From contig OZ210885.1 in the NCBI GenBank assembly GCA_964658305.1, forward strand, positions 18,352,001 through 18,416,000: a stretch of DNA of 64,000 nucleotides, in the 5' to 3' direction. Positions 1 through 12,943 of the stretch are shown here, in pieces. The notes below the pieces were generated by a model. It saw nothing but the letters and a program-made list of their open reading frames with translations. It did no database searches and had not been told where the DNA came from. The first letter of the stretch is position 1. Every line of letters begins with the position of its first letter. A program made the translations under genes and the position numbers. This stretch comes from Leptogorgia sarmentosa. Taxonomy: Eukaryota.

Positions 1-2034
1 GTTGGTTTTGAAAGAGGGATGGATATGTTGCTCACATCACCAATGGTTGTCAAGGAGGTGGTTACTGATGGTCACCTTGAAATTGCAGCTTTGATGAGTA
101 AGTTTCAAATTAAAAAATGTTATTGACAGTGCATTCAACATGTAACTTTGTTTCCAAAATGCTTACTTTGCCCACAACCTTTCCAAAGGAAACCGAAAGG
201 GATTTGTATTATTCAGTAGATTTTCACCTATTTTCTGGTAACCCTACTATTAGTTCTGTTGAGTAAAATTGTCTGATCAATAATAAACTGGGAAAGGCAG
301 AATTCCAGTCCTTGCACAAACCACCATGCATAGTTGATATTACATTGTGATTGGATTAAAGAAATTTGTAGTGAACTGCAAGGAGCTGTGTGTGAGTACT
401 GGAATTCTGCCCAAAGATAATAATCTTAGATGAGGTTTGTGCATTTCCCAGAAAATTACTCAGTACTAAGTTAGTATACTAAATTATGTTATGTCCTATG
501 ATATATTGTAGAAAGGGAAGAAAAGTACAAGAGTGTTGTACATCAAAATGATGTCTGGCATGGTGGGAAAAGCCTTGCAAAGAAAATCAATGCTGTAAGT
601 ATTTAATTTTAAATGACAAGGCAGAAATACAGCCTACGTTTTGAAATTGGTTATAAAGTATATGGTTATCCAAACAAAATGTTAATGTGTTGACTCAAGT
701 TATTCAATTCCTTGATAGTGCACCTACAGTGCTATGAAGAGGACCACTTATTGAATTAAGCCAATAAAGTATTGTTTTATTATAAAATAAATGCTTCATT
801 ATTCAGGCAGCAAAAAAGAAATGCAATGATGATTTGTCACTCTGGGCTCCATCTGTCCGAAATCATTTCTGGCACTGTTCCAAAACCTGCGATAAGGATA
901 AGAAAAACCTTAAGGCAAGTTTGCCATAAATATTCATGCAAGTACATGTTTTGTGTTTATACTGCAATATTGTAGTATTGTAATATTGTTTAAACTTGTA
1001 TATTGTTGTGTGGTCAGGTTAGATCTCCACATATAATTTGTTATATATGTTTTATTGTTTAATTTAATAGGATAAATGGGTGGGGATATTACATCATGTG
1101 GTCAACGAACATGAATGGGTGTTGGAGGAAGGCATCAATGGGGGAAAATGTGCACATGATCCACTAAGTGAAGAAGAGCGAAGAAAACCGTGGTTGAAGA
1201 AAGACTCTCCTGCACACAAGGCTCTCACCAAGATTGTTCTGGATACTCGTTTTCTGAATACCCTTGGATACTACACCAATTTCAGGTACTGGCACTGATT
1301 TTGCTAGCTTGATAATTTTATGACTATACTACTACATAACCATCTGGTGGAATCTTATGATTGTTTTATTTTCTTAATTTGAAGACATACTGGGTTTCTG
1401 GAATCATTTCACAACCTAATTTTGATGTATGCTCCCAAGCGCCATTCTTTCTCGTAAGTATTACAGTAAAATACCATTGTTTGAACTATAATTATTTGTA
1501 ATTTGCATACTAATACCTGTATCCATACTGTACTGTGTTTGAAAATGTACAGATACACAAAACATGTGAAATGACAAAGCAGTTTTCTCTGCAGATATCC
1601 AGTATACTGTGCCAGAAATCAACTTGCAGCACTAGACCACAACCATCATAAAGGTAGAGCACATGCAACTACAGCTGATGGTCAGCCAAGGTAATGTTAC
1701 CAGTTGTGACTGTAATATAAATTAGACATGTTGCATGGTAATTATATTTTTTTTCGTAATTGGAATTACAGCTGAAATTTTTATTAGGTTTGGACGCAAG
1801 TTCAGTAAACGTACACAACGATGGTGTCATGTTCGTGTTCTGGTGCCAAAACAGTATGCCTACATCCCAGAATTGATGGTAAAGGTGTTTGAAAAGAGGA
1901 TCAGTTCTGAGGGAACAGTAGATCAGAGAATTGGCTTGTCAGGTGAAGATCCGAGAAGAATTGCTCCCAACATTGCTGCTATTCACCCCCCTGATGTGAA
2001 AACCCTTGTTGAAATACACAAGTCAAGATTCTAA
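1..2034 (+). CDS. Spliced Kolobok-type DDE transposase, 5'-partial
   Basis: GT-AG exons ~1-97, ~511-594, ~807-914, 1071-1286, ~1385-1453, 1594-1690, 1788-2034 give motifs VVTDGH, HQNDVWH, RNHFW, TGFLESFH..YAPKR, AALDHN. Confidence 0.75.
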
Positions 2035-2230
2035 CATTCAAACTGAAACCCACATCTGAATAACCCTACAGTTGTGTATCGGTTCTTGGTAGATGGAGCT
2101 CGTAAGCCTTGGTAGGCAGTCCATCTAGGAGAAGGAAAACTCTGATTTTAAACCCCCAGACCACACTTTTGGGTCAGGCTGTCCATGTCAGACACATTGA
2201 TGTAAATCAATATTTTATCAGTGTTTCCTA

Positions 2231-2268
2231 GGCATGCTGATGAGCTCTGATATAGAGCGAAACGGCCA
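2231..2268 (+). ncRNA. Hammerhead-ribozyme core remnant within a short repeat fragment
   Basis: CTGATGA-GCTCT(gatat)AGAGC-GAAAC core; stem I/III partner not evident. Confidence 0.45.
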
Positions 2269-2684
2269 ACTTGGAAGGAACTTGGAAGGAACTTGATAAC
2301 TATCATCACCTGAATTAATGTTCATTAAGGTTTGAAACATGTATCAAGAATATGAAATATAAATAACTATAACATATATGGTGACATGTTTATCAGTAAC
2401 AGTAATAATTTTTAGATTGCATTGCAACTTGTATCATTATGTGCATAATATCCTTTAGGAACAACTGTACACTGACTTTTGTTTTTACAAGTACAGTTAG
2501 TTGTCTGCGTTGAAACTACCAGTAGAAAGCACAAAGTAGCACCAGTAAGCAATAGAGTCCAATGCATTTCTGTCAATCTCTGTATTATGCATATTGTTTG
2601 GAAAAGCTGGCAATGCAATCTACTTATATTAATATTTAACTCAGTTTTCCATAGTTTTAAATAAAAGAAGGAAAGTTAAATTGT

Positions 2685-4213
2685 CTACAGTCGTGCAGGC
2701 CTATATCCTGTATAAACACCATTGGGCGAGGGGTAACGAGTGCATATTGCAACAACACAGCAACTAGGAACAACCCTTCTATTTCCCCTTCCTAGCCTTC
2801 CATGTTGCCATAGGACATATTGCCTATATGCTGCATGGCGGAAACTTTGATTGTTTCTCACATTGTTCAAAACTAACACATCCTCTCTATATCTCATTGC
2901 GATCTCCAGAACATTGCCATCAGTTACCACCTGCCTGAATATGTTTGTTCTGGAGATGCATGGACGTCTTACTGTTGTGCAGCATTTGTTCTCCTCCTGA
3001 GTGGGCATTACAATGCAATGTCCACAATTGCACCACTCAGGGGTATCATTCTCTGGATCTGGGCTTGGAGGTTGATCTCCACCACCTGCCAACTCACCGT
3101 TCACTAGATCTGCAAATGCTGCTGGTTGTCTCCTCAGAAGCTCCAGTGCAAATCTTCTTAGAGCACCAATTTCCATTGCTTCTATTAGGTCCTGAAAGGT
3201 TAATTAATTGATTATACACCATCTGATAAACAGTGAAAGGTTAATTGATAATACACCATCTGATACACAGTGAAATAATAGAGCAGGCCACAATGATTAT
3301 CTTTACTCTCAAGAAATTTGTCTGACATAATTTTTTGGACAGGTTTATGATCCCAGATGGCTACCTGGGATTTTAGGGACCACATACTGTATGAAGACAA
3401 GTTTTTACATATATAGGACTCGGAAAGTTTACCAATTATATATATAAATAAATATGTTTTCTTACCACTAATTGTTGTTCATGGTTGGCTTGATTTTCAG
3501 CAGCACCTACATCTTCGTTTAACTGCCCTCTTCCACGACCTCCTAGTCTCCGACCTCTTCTTTCTTGGGCACAGCCCCTTCTTCCACGTCTTCCTCGTCC
3601 ACGTCCTCTTCTACCAGTACTTCCTTGACCTCTCGCTGGACCTCTTCCCCTCGCTCGACCTCTTCCCCTCGCTCGACCTCTTCCCCTTGCCCGACCCCTG
3701 GCTCTTCCTCTCCCAGGCCCTTTCCCATTATCTTCGCTCTCCAACAAACCCTCATCTGTCTCACTTTCCATTTCTTGCATTGAGAAATCAGAATCCTACA
3801 AAAATAGCATGATATGAAATTACATAAAGCTATTCTTTAGACAAATACATGAGTATTTTATTTTAGTATTGATGAGTGGCATCATCAATTATATATAGTC
3901 AGTTTATAGAGTGATTCCAAATTATTCATATTCTTGTGGCGCAAATGATTTTAATACTTACTTCATCTTCGCTGTCACTCTCTTGAGCCCTTCTGTTGTT
4001 CATACAGCAGCCAAAATTCTCTCCATGGCAAGCGCTAGAGCAAAAGCTGTTTATACTCCTACACGGACAATAATTCCTCCCTTTTTCACGAAGACAGGCA
4101 CCTCGACAAGAACATGTAGTATTATTATCTACATTAGGCAATGTGGCTGCACTCTCTATTACATTTGCTTCGAATTCGTGAAGCGATAAGCTTCCTTCAA
4201 GTGCTTCTGCCAT
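2685..4213 (-). CDS. 3-exon KolX-like gene (~362 aa): Cys-rich CXC-like N-terminus, RG-repeat linker, P2X7-ballast-like C-terminal domain
   Basis: Exons 4213-3962, 3795-3466, 3191-2685, all phase 0 with GT-AG; C-terminal WCNCGHC..ENKCC..FRHAAYRQY..W.HG.LG..NR.V.PSCCV..YPSP.G.Y.GY. Confidence 0.8.
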
Positions 4214-4713
4214 GACTGCAACAATAACTCTGGCAACATGTTTAGAGGGAGAGATACCGCAGGAAATATTTTCATGTTTAGATACATTTATAACACCTTA
4301 AAAGTCATCAACTGCAAAGGTAAACACAAATGATTTCATAATGATGTAAACTCACACTTTCGGTATTTTGCCGCTCCAGTTTTGGCTGCCGCACCAGATA
4401 GACCACACAAGGTTGAAATAAGCCGCTTTATTCACGATTTTTAAATTAAATATTAAAAATTTACGATTAAATTAAATATTAAAAAATTACGATTAAAAAT
4501 CGTATAATTATATAATATTTAGAAGCGTACAAGAATTCTAGGGAAACATCTGAAACACGAAATTCAGTGCACTCCTCATCGTAATATTTTTTTTAATTGT
4601 TTCGAACACCATGATATACTTCATGTAATACAATTATTGTGGATCATAACAATAACAAAAAAATGTAAACAAAGCCCGCGCATGCGCAAAAGGGACTGTA
4701 ACCCACCTTTAAG

Positions 4714-5130
4714 TAAGGTAGTTCCCTACAGTTTTATAGAAATGTAGTAAATGCATCAATTAGATTCTGTAGAGCTGAAAAAAATATTTAGAAAACCCAT
4801 GTTTATAAATGTTTTAAAATTTTGGTTCAAAAAAACATTTTTAAACGTTTGTCAGTTAGTTTATTGTACTGTAAGAAAAAGTTTCCTGCAATAAAAAATG
4901 GGGTAACCAGGTGTTTTTAAACAAAAATGTGTTAAAGGCAAAAATATCCACCATTTTGAACCATCATTGTTGCCATAGCAATAGTGTTGCACTTAACTTT
5001 GGTTACCAATTTCCAACTGTTTGATTGTCACTGTATATGGTATACAAATTTTTGCTAGAATGCACCATTTCCTCAAAGGTTTGATCTAGTTGATGCATTT
5101 ACTACATTTTAACTGTAGAGAGCCACCTTA
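4714..5130. mobile_element. MITE with ~45-bp imperfect TIRs (TAAGGT...ACCTTA; Kolobok-like)
   Basis: taaggtagttccctacagtt..aaatgtagtaaatgcatcaa vs ttgatgcatttactacattttaactgtagagagccacctta. Confidence 0.65.
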
Positions 5131-5272
5131 TATGAGGCTGAAAGAAAGTTCGTTAACTTTACAAATATATTGAATATGATTATAAATTTACAAACAATTT
5201 GAATATGCACCACAGTATCTACCGTATATTTCACTGTTTCTAATATCAGCAGTGTAATTGAGGGACTGCACA

Positions 5273-6380
5273 CAGGGCCGTTCTCAGAAAAAAATACAGG
5301 GGGGGGTGTTAGGTGATTTCAACCGACCAACGGATGAACTTGTACCGACTAATTTGTTAAAAAGGAAGCTCATATCATAAATGTGAAACTTGTATTAGAG
5401 TCCACTCTGAAGGCAGTTCATCGCATGCAATGTACAATGTACAAATAATATATTTACAAAACCGCGTGCCGTTTATGACGAACCATGCTGTTGCTTTACA
5501 CAATATTTTTACACGTTGTCGTTGTCTTTTCATTTTTTCAAAAAGCTCATGCTATGTTTACCATTACCGTCTATTTTTAGTTTCGTTCTGAACATGGAGA
5601 TTAAAAAAAAATTGAAGTGGAAGTCAAGTCGGTAATAATATAATAAAATAATTTGTTAAAATTTTGAACATAAAAAGTTTCAAAACGTTCGAAGTTGTGC
5701 AACTTCAACATTGTTTGAATCTGAGGCCTGAGGGCCCTCCTTCGTTACGGGAAGACCGAGAAGAACCTGTGCGCAGAATTGTTTTAATTAATTTTGACCT
5801 CCACTTTGATTGATTTCTTGAATTAAAAGATGTATTGAGAAAAAAGTATAGGTTGCAACTAAAGTGGAAAAGCCGTGATATTTTATTAATATTTACATTA
5901 GCGACAGTGTTTGTTGCCCAATTTTCATATTAACAGTACCACTTTTCGGACAAAATAATTTCAATGCTTGCTTTTTTAATGACAAATCAATAAAACTCAT
6001 ATCACATTATTTGAATATCTTTTGTATCAGGTACAATCAGTAAGACTCACGGCACCAGCTATTCAGCTAATCACCATAATATGCTATTGCGACTGGAAAA
6101 TTTAAATATTGAAATTTATTTTAATTCTTAACGTGAATTAAAACCTGTTTACAGCGGCTTTAGTTTATTTTGGCCTCTGTACTTGATTTAAAATCCATAT
6201 ATGTGACTGTGAATGATAATTGCAAATTTACAATTAAATTCCTTGTTTCCGCAACATTTTTAATGTAATTCATCATATGTTTCTTTACCGACTCAGGTAG
6301 CGGCCTGCCGACCGAGCCTCCGAATAAAATTTCTGGGGGGGTGTCACACCCCCCCACACCCCCTCGTAGCTCTGGCCCTG
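5273..6380. mobile_element. Non-autonomous hAT element
   Basis: CAGGGCC...GGCCCTG termini with perfect 8-bp TSD ACTGCACA (5265-5272, 6381-6388). Confidence 0.85.
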
Positions 6381-6423
6381 ACTGCACATGTAAACATAAC
6401 AATAATCTGAACGTAAAAGTGTT

Positions 6424-6747
6424 TAGGCTGTTGCAATATTGAAAAAATTCGATATCGAAAAAACTATATCACTATTATTGATTATATTTAATTATGCAAA
6501 TCAGAAGACATGGTTTAGTCGACTTTCATGTCTACTGCAGAAAAAAGAGCAAAAAAACAAAGTTTCATGAAACTTGTCAAATATTAAAAGGTTCATTTAC
6601 AGCAGTTTATGAATGTTTAGAGATTTATCTACAAGTTGTGCTTTCCGCGCATGTACTGGAAAACCAAGTGTTTTCGATATGCCAGAGTAAATTTGAATAT
6701 TGATCTTTTTCAAATATCAATATCTATTGAAATATCGCAACAGCCTA
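6424..6747. mobile_element. MITE (hAT-like)
   Basis: TAGGCTGTTGCAATATT...AATATCGCAACAGCCTA TIRs; degenerate 8-bp flanks aaagtgtt/acattgtt. Confidence 0.65.
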
Positions 6748-6868
6748 ACATTGTTGGTAAAGAAACTGTTTATTACATCTTTTGAATAGAAGAGTTCTTT
6801 TTACTGGCATTCTATTGCAATACCATAACACTGATGCCCCGAAAGATGGGATCAAAAATTTCTTTACA

Positions 6869-9800
6869 TTACAATAAACCAAATCCCTTGCCTTCAATAA
6901 GTGCAGAATCTATAGACTCTTTAAATTGACTGTAGTTGTCGTGATAGTGGACTGGTAACGTTATGCTGAGATCGCACGTCGAAGCAGTTGGCCGACACTT
7001 ACACTTCTCCATACAACCATGTTTGAATTTGACAGCTATTCGCTTCGGCAGTCCTAAAGGTGGGATTCTGTGGCATCCGGTAATGAACTTAAGCAGTTCA
7101 ATCAGTGTGTTTACACCATTAGTTTCTACAAAGGGTAGAGAATGAGATTTAAACAATCTACAGTCTGTACCTGTTCTATGAGAAGCCTGATCACATCTGC
7201 AAAAAATATATTACCACCTAACATTGTATACAACAATATTTACTGGGTTCTGGTGCTACTTGGCAACCTATTTTAAAACTGTATATATTTACATTAAAAC
7301 ATGTACTGTTAATGTGATGGGTCCTGCTTATAGACGATTTTTATTGTTCACATACTGTAGTAAATATTGTTGTATACAATGTTAGGTGATAATATATTTT
7401 TTGCACGAGTAAACAAAACAATACGGCATGCAGACTGCACCTTGTTCTTGTAAAGCGCCAGCATCCTGCACAAAGTCGCAGAAGAATTTGTAGATATCAA
7501 CTTCCTTTTCTTTGAGATTGCTGCCATCTTCACTAAATGCTCCATCAATTACATCTAAGAAGTGATCAGCAGTTGGCACAAAGTGTATGGAATGTTTTGC
7601 AACGAATAATGTCTGCATTATTACTCTATTCTCCTTGACAGCATCCATCACCCCAAACGAACTCAATCCATTAGTAAGCTGATCCAACATGGGCAAATAT
7701 CGTGAGAAATCGTACATAACGATTGATCTAGAAAATAATGCAGAAACCAATTTTACTTCTTGTTAAACTGCCTGACAGTGAGTTGATCATGATTGAATCA
7801 ATGAGAGAGAGAGTGAAATAATTTACCATTAAAAAGGTGATCGGGCGGTAGTTAAGGGTGTTTTGGCTGCTTTAGGTGTTATAAAATTTGCTTTCACATT
7901 TTATGTTGTCCTAGAACCTAACCAGCTTTTAAAAGCCAGTCTTCAGTTTATTCTCTTTGTTCACCTTAAAATGTTATCTACCGACTGTAATGATTCTCTT
8001 GAAGGCACTCCTCTGTATCGAATTAGTTGCAAGATATCCATCATATTTTCCGCTACCAACAAGTTTTGCAGACTTTCGTTAGTTGTACAATTTCTGATCT
8101 TTAAATCAATAAAATAACAAAACATTAAAATTCATTCAAAACAAAACATAACAGATTGTAGTTAGAATATTTTTTTCCTTTACTGCATGTTATTACATGC
8201 TACTTTGTTGTCCTAAAATATACCTGTTCGATAGCATCCATCAGCTTCTTATCTTTTATTTGAGGAACCCACTCTTCAGTTGTTATACTTGAAACCCCTT
8301 CAACCATATATGCATAAGCTTCATTTGACATAAAACATGGTGCAGGCCCACCTTGTACAATAGAGCCAGCCATCAGTTCACCTGCTGTCTTGAACTTATC
8401 ACACCCAAGAGCTGCCATGTCAGGTGAAGGCATACCATTTTCAAAAAGCTCACGTTCAATACTTTCCAGCACCTCTAAATATACAATACATATAATTTAC
8501 AATTATTGGGTACTGAAACAGATGAAAAAAAACATTGAAATACATGCTACCAGAACACACTTAGCATCGCAGATCATCTTGTTAAAACAAAACGACTGTA
8601 GAGGAGGTTTGTTTGCTCATTTAATAATATTCAAGGGTTGTATATAGAATCTATATACATGTAACACTGCTACAAAGGAAAATCTTAATTACATTGCATA
8701 ATTATCATGGCTAGTTAGCTTTCTTGTTCACGATTATTTTAAAATAGGCCCTTCCTGAATTTGCTTGACTGCTTATGAAACAATTTCTGAAAGCGAGGCA
8801 GGCAATGCAATGTAATCCATTAAAAATGATGCAGCTTTCATTGTCAAGTGGCATATTCAGGAAATGTCTATTGAAAAATTTATTTAAAATTAGTTATGTG
8901 TGCAAACCTGAAAAAAATTCACGACGCGGCCCACCATCATCGATCGCTGGTTCCCCTATGAAAGTGACTTTCAGCATCCGTCTACCATTGAACCAAGGCT
9001 TTTTAGCAGTTTCCAAATAATCCTTGAAAACTGACTTCCGTCTTACACTGATCCTGATTTTAACAGGCTGAACATTTTTAGCAAGTTCAGTTAATAGCTC
9101 TTTCATTTTTTCCACTTTAGTGTCAGGATTTGAATAATCAACGTCACCCTTAACAGTGCATTCTTCTGGAGAATCTTGTTGCAATAGTTCTTCCAAGTCA
9201 TCATCTGATACATTTCCAATTGGGTCAATGAGATTATCTGCACAGACATTTGCATGAAGTTCTGTTTGGTCAAACGGAAACATTTCGAAGCACGTAGGGC
9301 ATGATGTTGTGGGTACTCGGAAAGACGTTGTTTTTTCATCATCATCGCTAATACTAATGGCACTTTCCAAACTTACTACTTCTTTTTTCACTTCACCTGC
9401 AGGCATCAATCTTTCATCATCAGAATCTGTATCTGCAAAATCTTGAACCTTTTCAAAATCTAGTTTATCACATAGATAGAAGTGAATTTTCGAGTACGGT
9501 TTGCCTAAATCCTTCTTGTAATCATTCAGGATAAAATCTTCAGAACTGCCTGGTAACTTGTGGACAATAGAATAGTCTGGGTAAAGAATAAAATAGGCTG
9601 CATGTTTATTGAACTGTTTGAAGTGTTTGGTTTGTTTATCAATTGCAGCCTGGAGAAGGTCGTTTGCATTGCAACAACATGTAATGACCAATGGAAGTGT
9701 TCTTCCCTTAAGTCTTTTCAACTTTCCACCATCAGCTTCTAACACACCAACCTGAACTTTTACTTCTTCATTAATAGTTTTTGCTTTTTTTGCTGATTTG

Positions 9801-10348
9801 ACTTTTTTCGTTTGAGCTACCTGCATTCTTTTTCGGAATTCTGCATAACTCAATGTTGACTTTGGTGTTGTATGATTTTGTGAAGGGTTCAAACTAGATG
9901 TTGATGCTGAACTACTAGTACCTGAAGTTGAAGTTGACATCTGATTTTCTATAACATATAACAACACTGTAAGAATAGAAATAATTAGTTATTCTCTCAA
10001 CAGTCCCCATAGTAATTCAATTCAAGTAAATTAATTAATTAATTAATAAGTAAATTAATAGTAATTCAAGGATACCACAAGAAGTGTACAAATAATTTAT
10101 TTCGCAACGTTTCGGGTAGTTTAACCACCCGTTCTCAGGTTTTTATATGATACAGATATCATTATAAATGTTTCATAATTGTCTGTTTGAGATACTATAT
10201 AAATCAATATCGGACTTTTAGAACATATCCTCATTCTTAAAAAATTAGCGTCCTTACCTCCAGAGACATGCGATTTGCCACAGTTATGACAATATTTTGC
10301 GCCTTCATTTGCATATCTTGTCCCACATTCTTGACAAAATTTAGCCAT
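6869..10348 (-). CDS. HECT E3 ubiquitin ligase (G2E3-like), 6 exons, ~686 aa, with N-terminal zinc ribbon and UBZ-like finger
   Basis: Exons 10348-10258, 9948-8908, 8474-8224, 8098-7965, 7727-7441, 7125-6869 splice in frame; V.F.GEPA.D.GGPRREFF, LLKFITG, PTASTC (catalytic Cys). Confidence 0.8.
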
Positions 10349-10421
10349 TTTGAAATTAATTTTGATACTAGTACCAGTCTCCTGATGATTTGAACTCTGC
10401 TCGAACTCGATTCTAATAAAC

Positions 10422-10630
10422 GCCTATTTCTACGGAGCAGGCCTATTTCTACGGAGCAGGCCTATTTCTACGGAGCAGGCGTATTTCTACGGAGCAGGCC
10501 TATTTCTACGGAGCAGGCCTATTTCTACGGAGCAGGCCTATTTCTACGGAGCAGGCCTATTTCTACGGAGCAGGCCTATTTCTACGGAGCAGGCCTATTT
10601 CTACGGAGCAGGCCTATTTCTACAGAGCAG
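10422..10630 (+). repeat. 11 x 19-bp tandem repeat GCCTATTTCTACGGAGCAG
   Basis: Directly counted; degenerate units continue at 10631-10645 and 12706-12735. Confidence 0.95.
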
Positions 10631-10645
10631 GCCAGGTATTTCTAG

Positions 10646-12705
10646 TAGTCTAGGACCTGTATATGAGTTTGTATGCACTTCATTTAGGACAGATAATCTC
10701 AACTGTTTTAGGGTAAATTGACCATGCCGGTCAACATGGCATATGTGCCAAAACCTGAATCCGGGACGAAAGTGCTCAAAATGACCCCGCCCTGAAACGG
10801 CAGTGTCGACACACCTCTAACTTCCAAAAAATAGAATCAAAAGCCTTTCTGAAGTGCTTATTGTGTTCAGAAGGGTTGCTTTTAGGGGTGGTCATTGGAG
10901 GGGAAAATTTGCATAAGTATATTTTACTAGAAAATACCCATACACCACCTCAGCAGAATTGCTGATTATGCATAAAATCACAAATATGCCTGGCAGAGTT
11001 TTAATTCTTTCATTTTCCAAGAAATATTTTCATAGGATGAAAAACTATGCTTAATTCAACATAATTATTGTAGATTTCATCAAGATTGTTATTGTTTCGT
11101 TCACATATAATACATTTGACTTCACTTACCCCCCACCAAAATACGATTTTAGCCATATTTTGCCATCTTGTTCGCTTTTTACCGCCGAATCTCGCAAGTG
11201 TAGTCCAATCGTTTTACTTTATCATAATAACAGACAATTAAAGAGTATTTTTACCAAGTTTCGCCAAGTTTTGAAGCAGTGCAGTGTATTTTATCTTCGA
11301 TATTGTCTCCCATGACATATCGTCGAATATGCCGCCATTGTAATGCGTCGCCGTTTCTTCGCCCGATAAATGCCAATTCTTCGCCTTTATCCGCTTTTAC
11401 TTTGCACTATTTAAAAGTACTTTGTTGTCGAATAATTCCAATCAAAAATTGAAAATGTTAGTTGCACATGAACGGAAAAAACCACCCTCAAACTTTCAGC
11501 ATCAACATTACAAATACAAAATTTTAAATTCGCGCGCAACTTCGGGAAAAATCCTCGTGGGCTACCTGACAGGGGGGGTTGAATATTTCCACGAAGCGCT
11601 TTCTGCTGTCTATAAAATGAATCAAGGGGAAAATGATGGCACAAAATTCGTGGATTCTGCTATTAAGAAATGTAGAAGTACTTCTTAATTATTTTTTTTA
11701 TCGTTATTGAGAAAAAATGCAATAAGATACCATGTTGGGCTGCTGTTGTGGTACTTTGTAAAAATATTACCCCCCCTGGCATGTAGCCCAGAGGAGTTTT
11801 CGCGAATGCTGCGCGTAACTTTTAAATTTTGTGTTTGTAATGTTGATGCTGAAAGTTTGAGGGTGGTTTATTTCGTTCATGTGCAACTACCGTTTTCAAT
11901 TTTTGATTGGAATTATTGTACAACAAAGTACTTTTAAATAGTGCAAAGTAAAAGCGGATAAAGGCGAAGAATTGGCATTTATCGGGCGATGAAACGGCCA
12001 CGCATTACAATGGCGGAATATTCGACGATATGTCATGGGAGACAATATCGAAGATAAAATACACTGCACTGCTTCAAAACTTGGCGAAACTTGGTAAAAA
12101 TACTCTTTAATTGTCTGTTATTATGATAAAGTAAAACGATTGGACTACACTTGCGAGAATCGGCGGTAAAAAGCGAACAAGATGGCAAAATATGGCTAAA
12201 ATCGTATTTTGGTAGGGGGTAAGTGAAGTCAAATGTATTATATGTGAACAAAACAATAACAACCTTAATGAAATCTACAATAATTATGTTGAATTAAGCA
12301 TAGTTTTTCATCCTATGAAAATATTTTTTGGAAAATGAAAGAATTAAAACTCTGCCAGGCATATTTGTGATTTTATGCATAATCAGCAATTCTGCTGAGG
12401 TGGTGTATGGGTATTTTCTAGTAAAATATGATACTTAGGCAAATTTTCCCCTCTAATGACCACCCCTAAAAGCAACCCTTCTGAACACAATAAGCACTTC
12501 AGAAAAGCTTTTGATTCTATTTTTTGGAAGTTAGAGGTGTGTCGACACTGCCGTTTCAGGGCGGGGTCATTTTGAGCACTTTCGTCCCGGATTCAGGTTT
12601 TGGCACATATGCCATGTTGACCGGCATGGTCAATTTACCCTAAAACAGTTGAGATTATCTGTCCTAAATGAAGTGCATACAAACTCATATACAGGTCCTA
12701 GACTA
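10646..12705. mobile_element. Foldback non-autonomous DNA transposon with ~0.9-kb inverted arms (Academ-like ends)
   Basis: TAGTCTAGGACC...GGTCCTAGACTA termini; arms ~10646-11590 and ~11760-12705 nearly identical; 3-bp TSD TAG. Confidence 0.85.
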
Positions 12706-12759
12706 TAGGGAGAAGGCCACACTTCTACGAAGAATGCGCGTGCTTTTAAAGTTGTGAAG

Positions 12760-12783
12760 CCGTGTCCCTTGTGGGCCACCGTA
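12760..12783 (-). mobile_element. Possible IS3EU-like transposon terminus (TACGGTGGCCC...)
   Basis: ...GTGGGCCACCGTA just outside the subterminal 19-bp array; partner end not found. Confidence 0.4.
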
Positions 12784-12943
12784 GTTTATTAACTTCCTGA
12801 CATGAAAGTATCCAAGTTGAAATATCGAAGATGAAGATGATTGAAATATCAAATTGAAGATGGCGGTTGTATATTTTTAAGCTCTGCAAAATATAAATTT
12901 TGCACGATTATTTTTAGCCTTTTAATGTAAATATCTCACCCTT

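Larger units (their letters stand above)
1..4708. mobile_element. Kolobok-superfamily DNA transposon, right part (left end outside window)
   Basis: Transposase plus convergent KolX-like gene; ends ...GTAACCCACCT (4708) followed by TTAA (4709-4712), matching Kolobok termini and TTAA target. Confidence 0.75.

Noticed and set aside
2685..3176. P2X7 purinoceptor gene
   Set aside because: Only the ballast-like domain is present, with no transmembrane or ectodomain exons; lies within a Kolobok element
10422..10630. CRISPR-like array
   Set aside because: Head-to-tail 19-mers with no unique spacers, eukaryotic context, no cas genes
11411..12251. Short ORFs in the foldback arms
   Set aside because: Mirror-image ORFs produced by the inverted repeat; no recognisable domain
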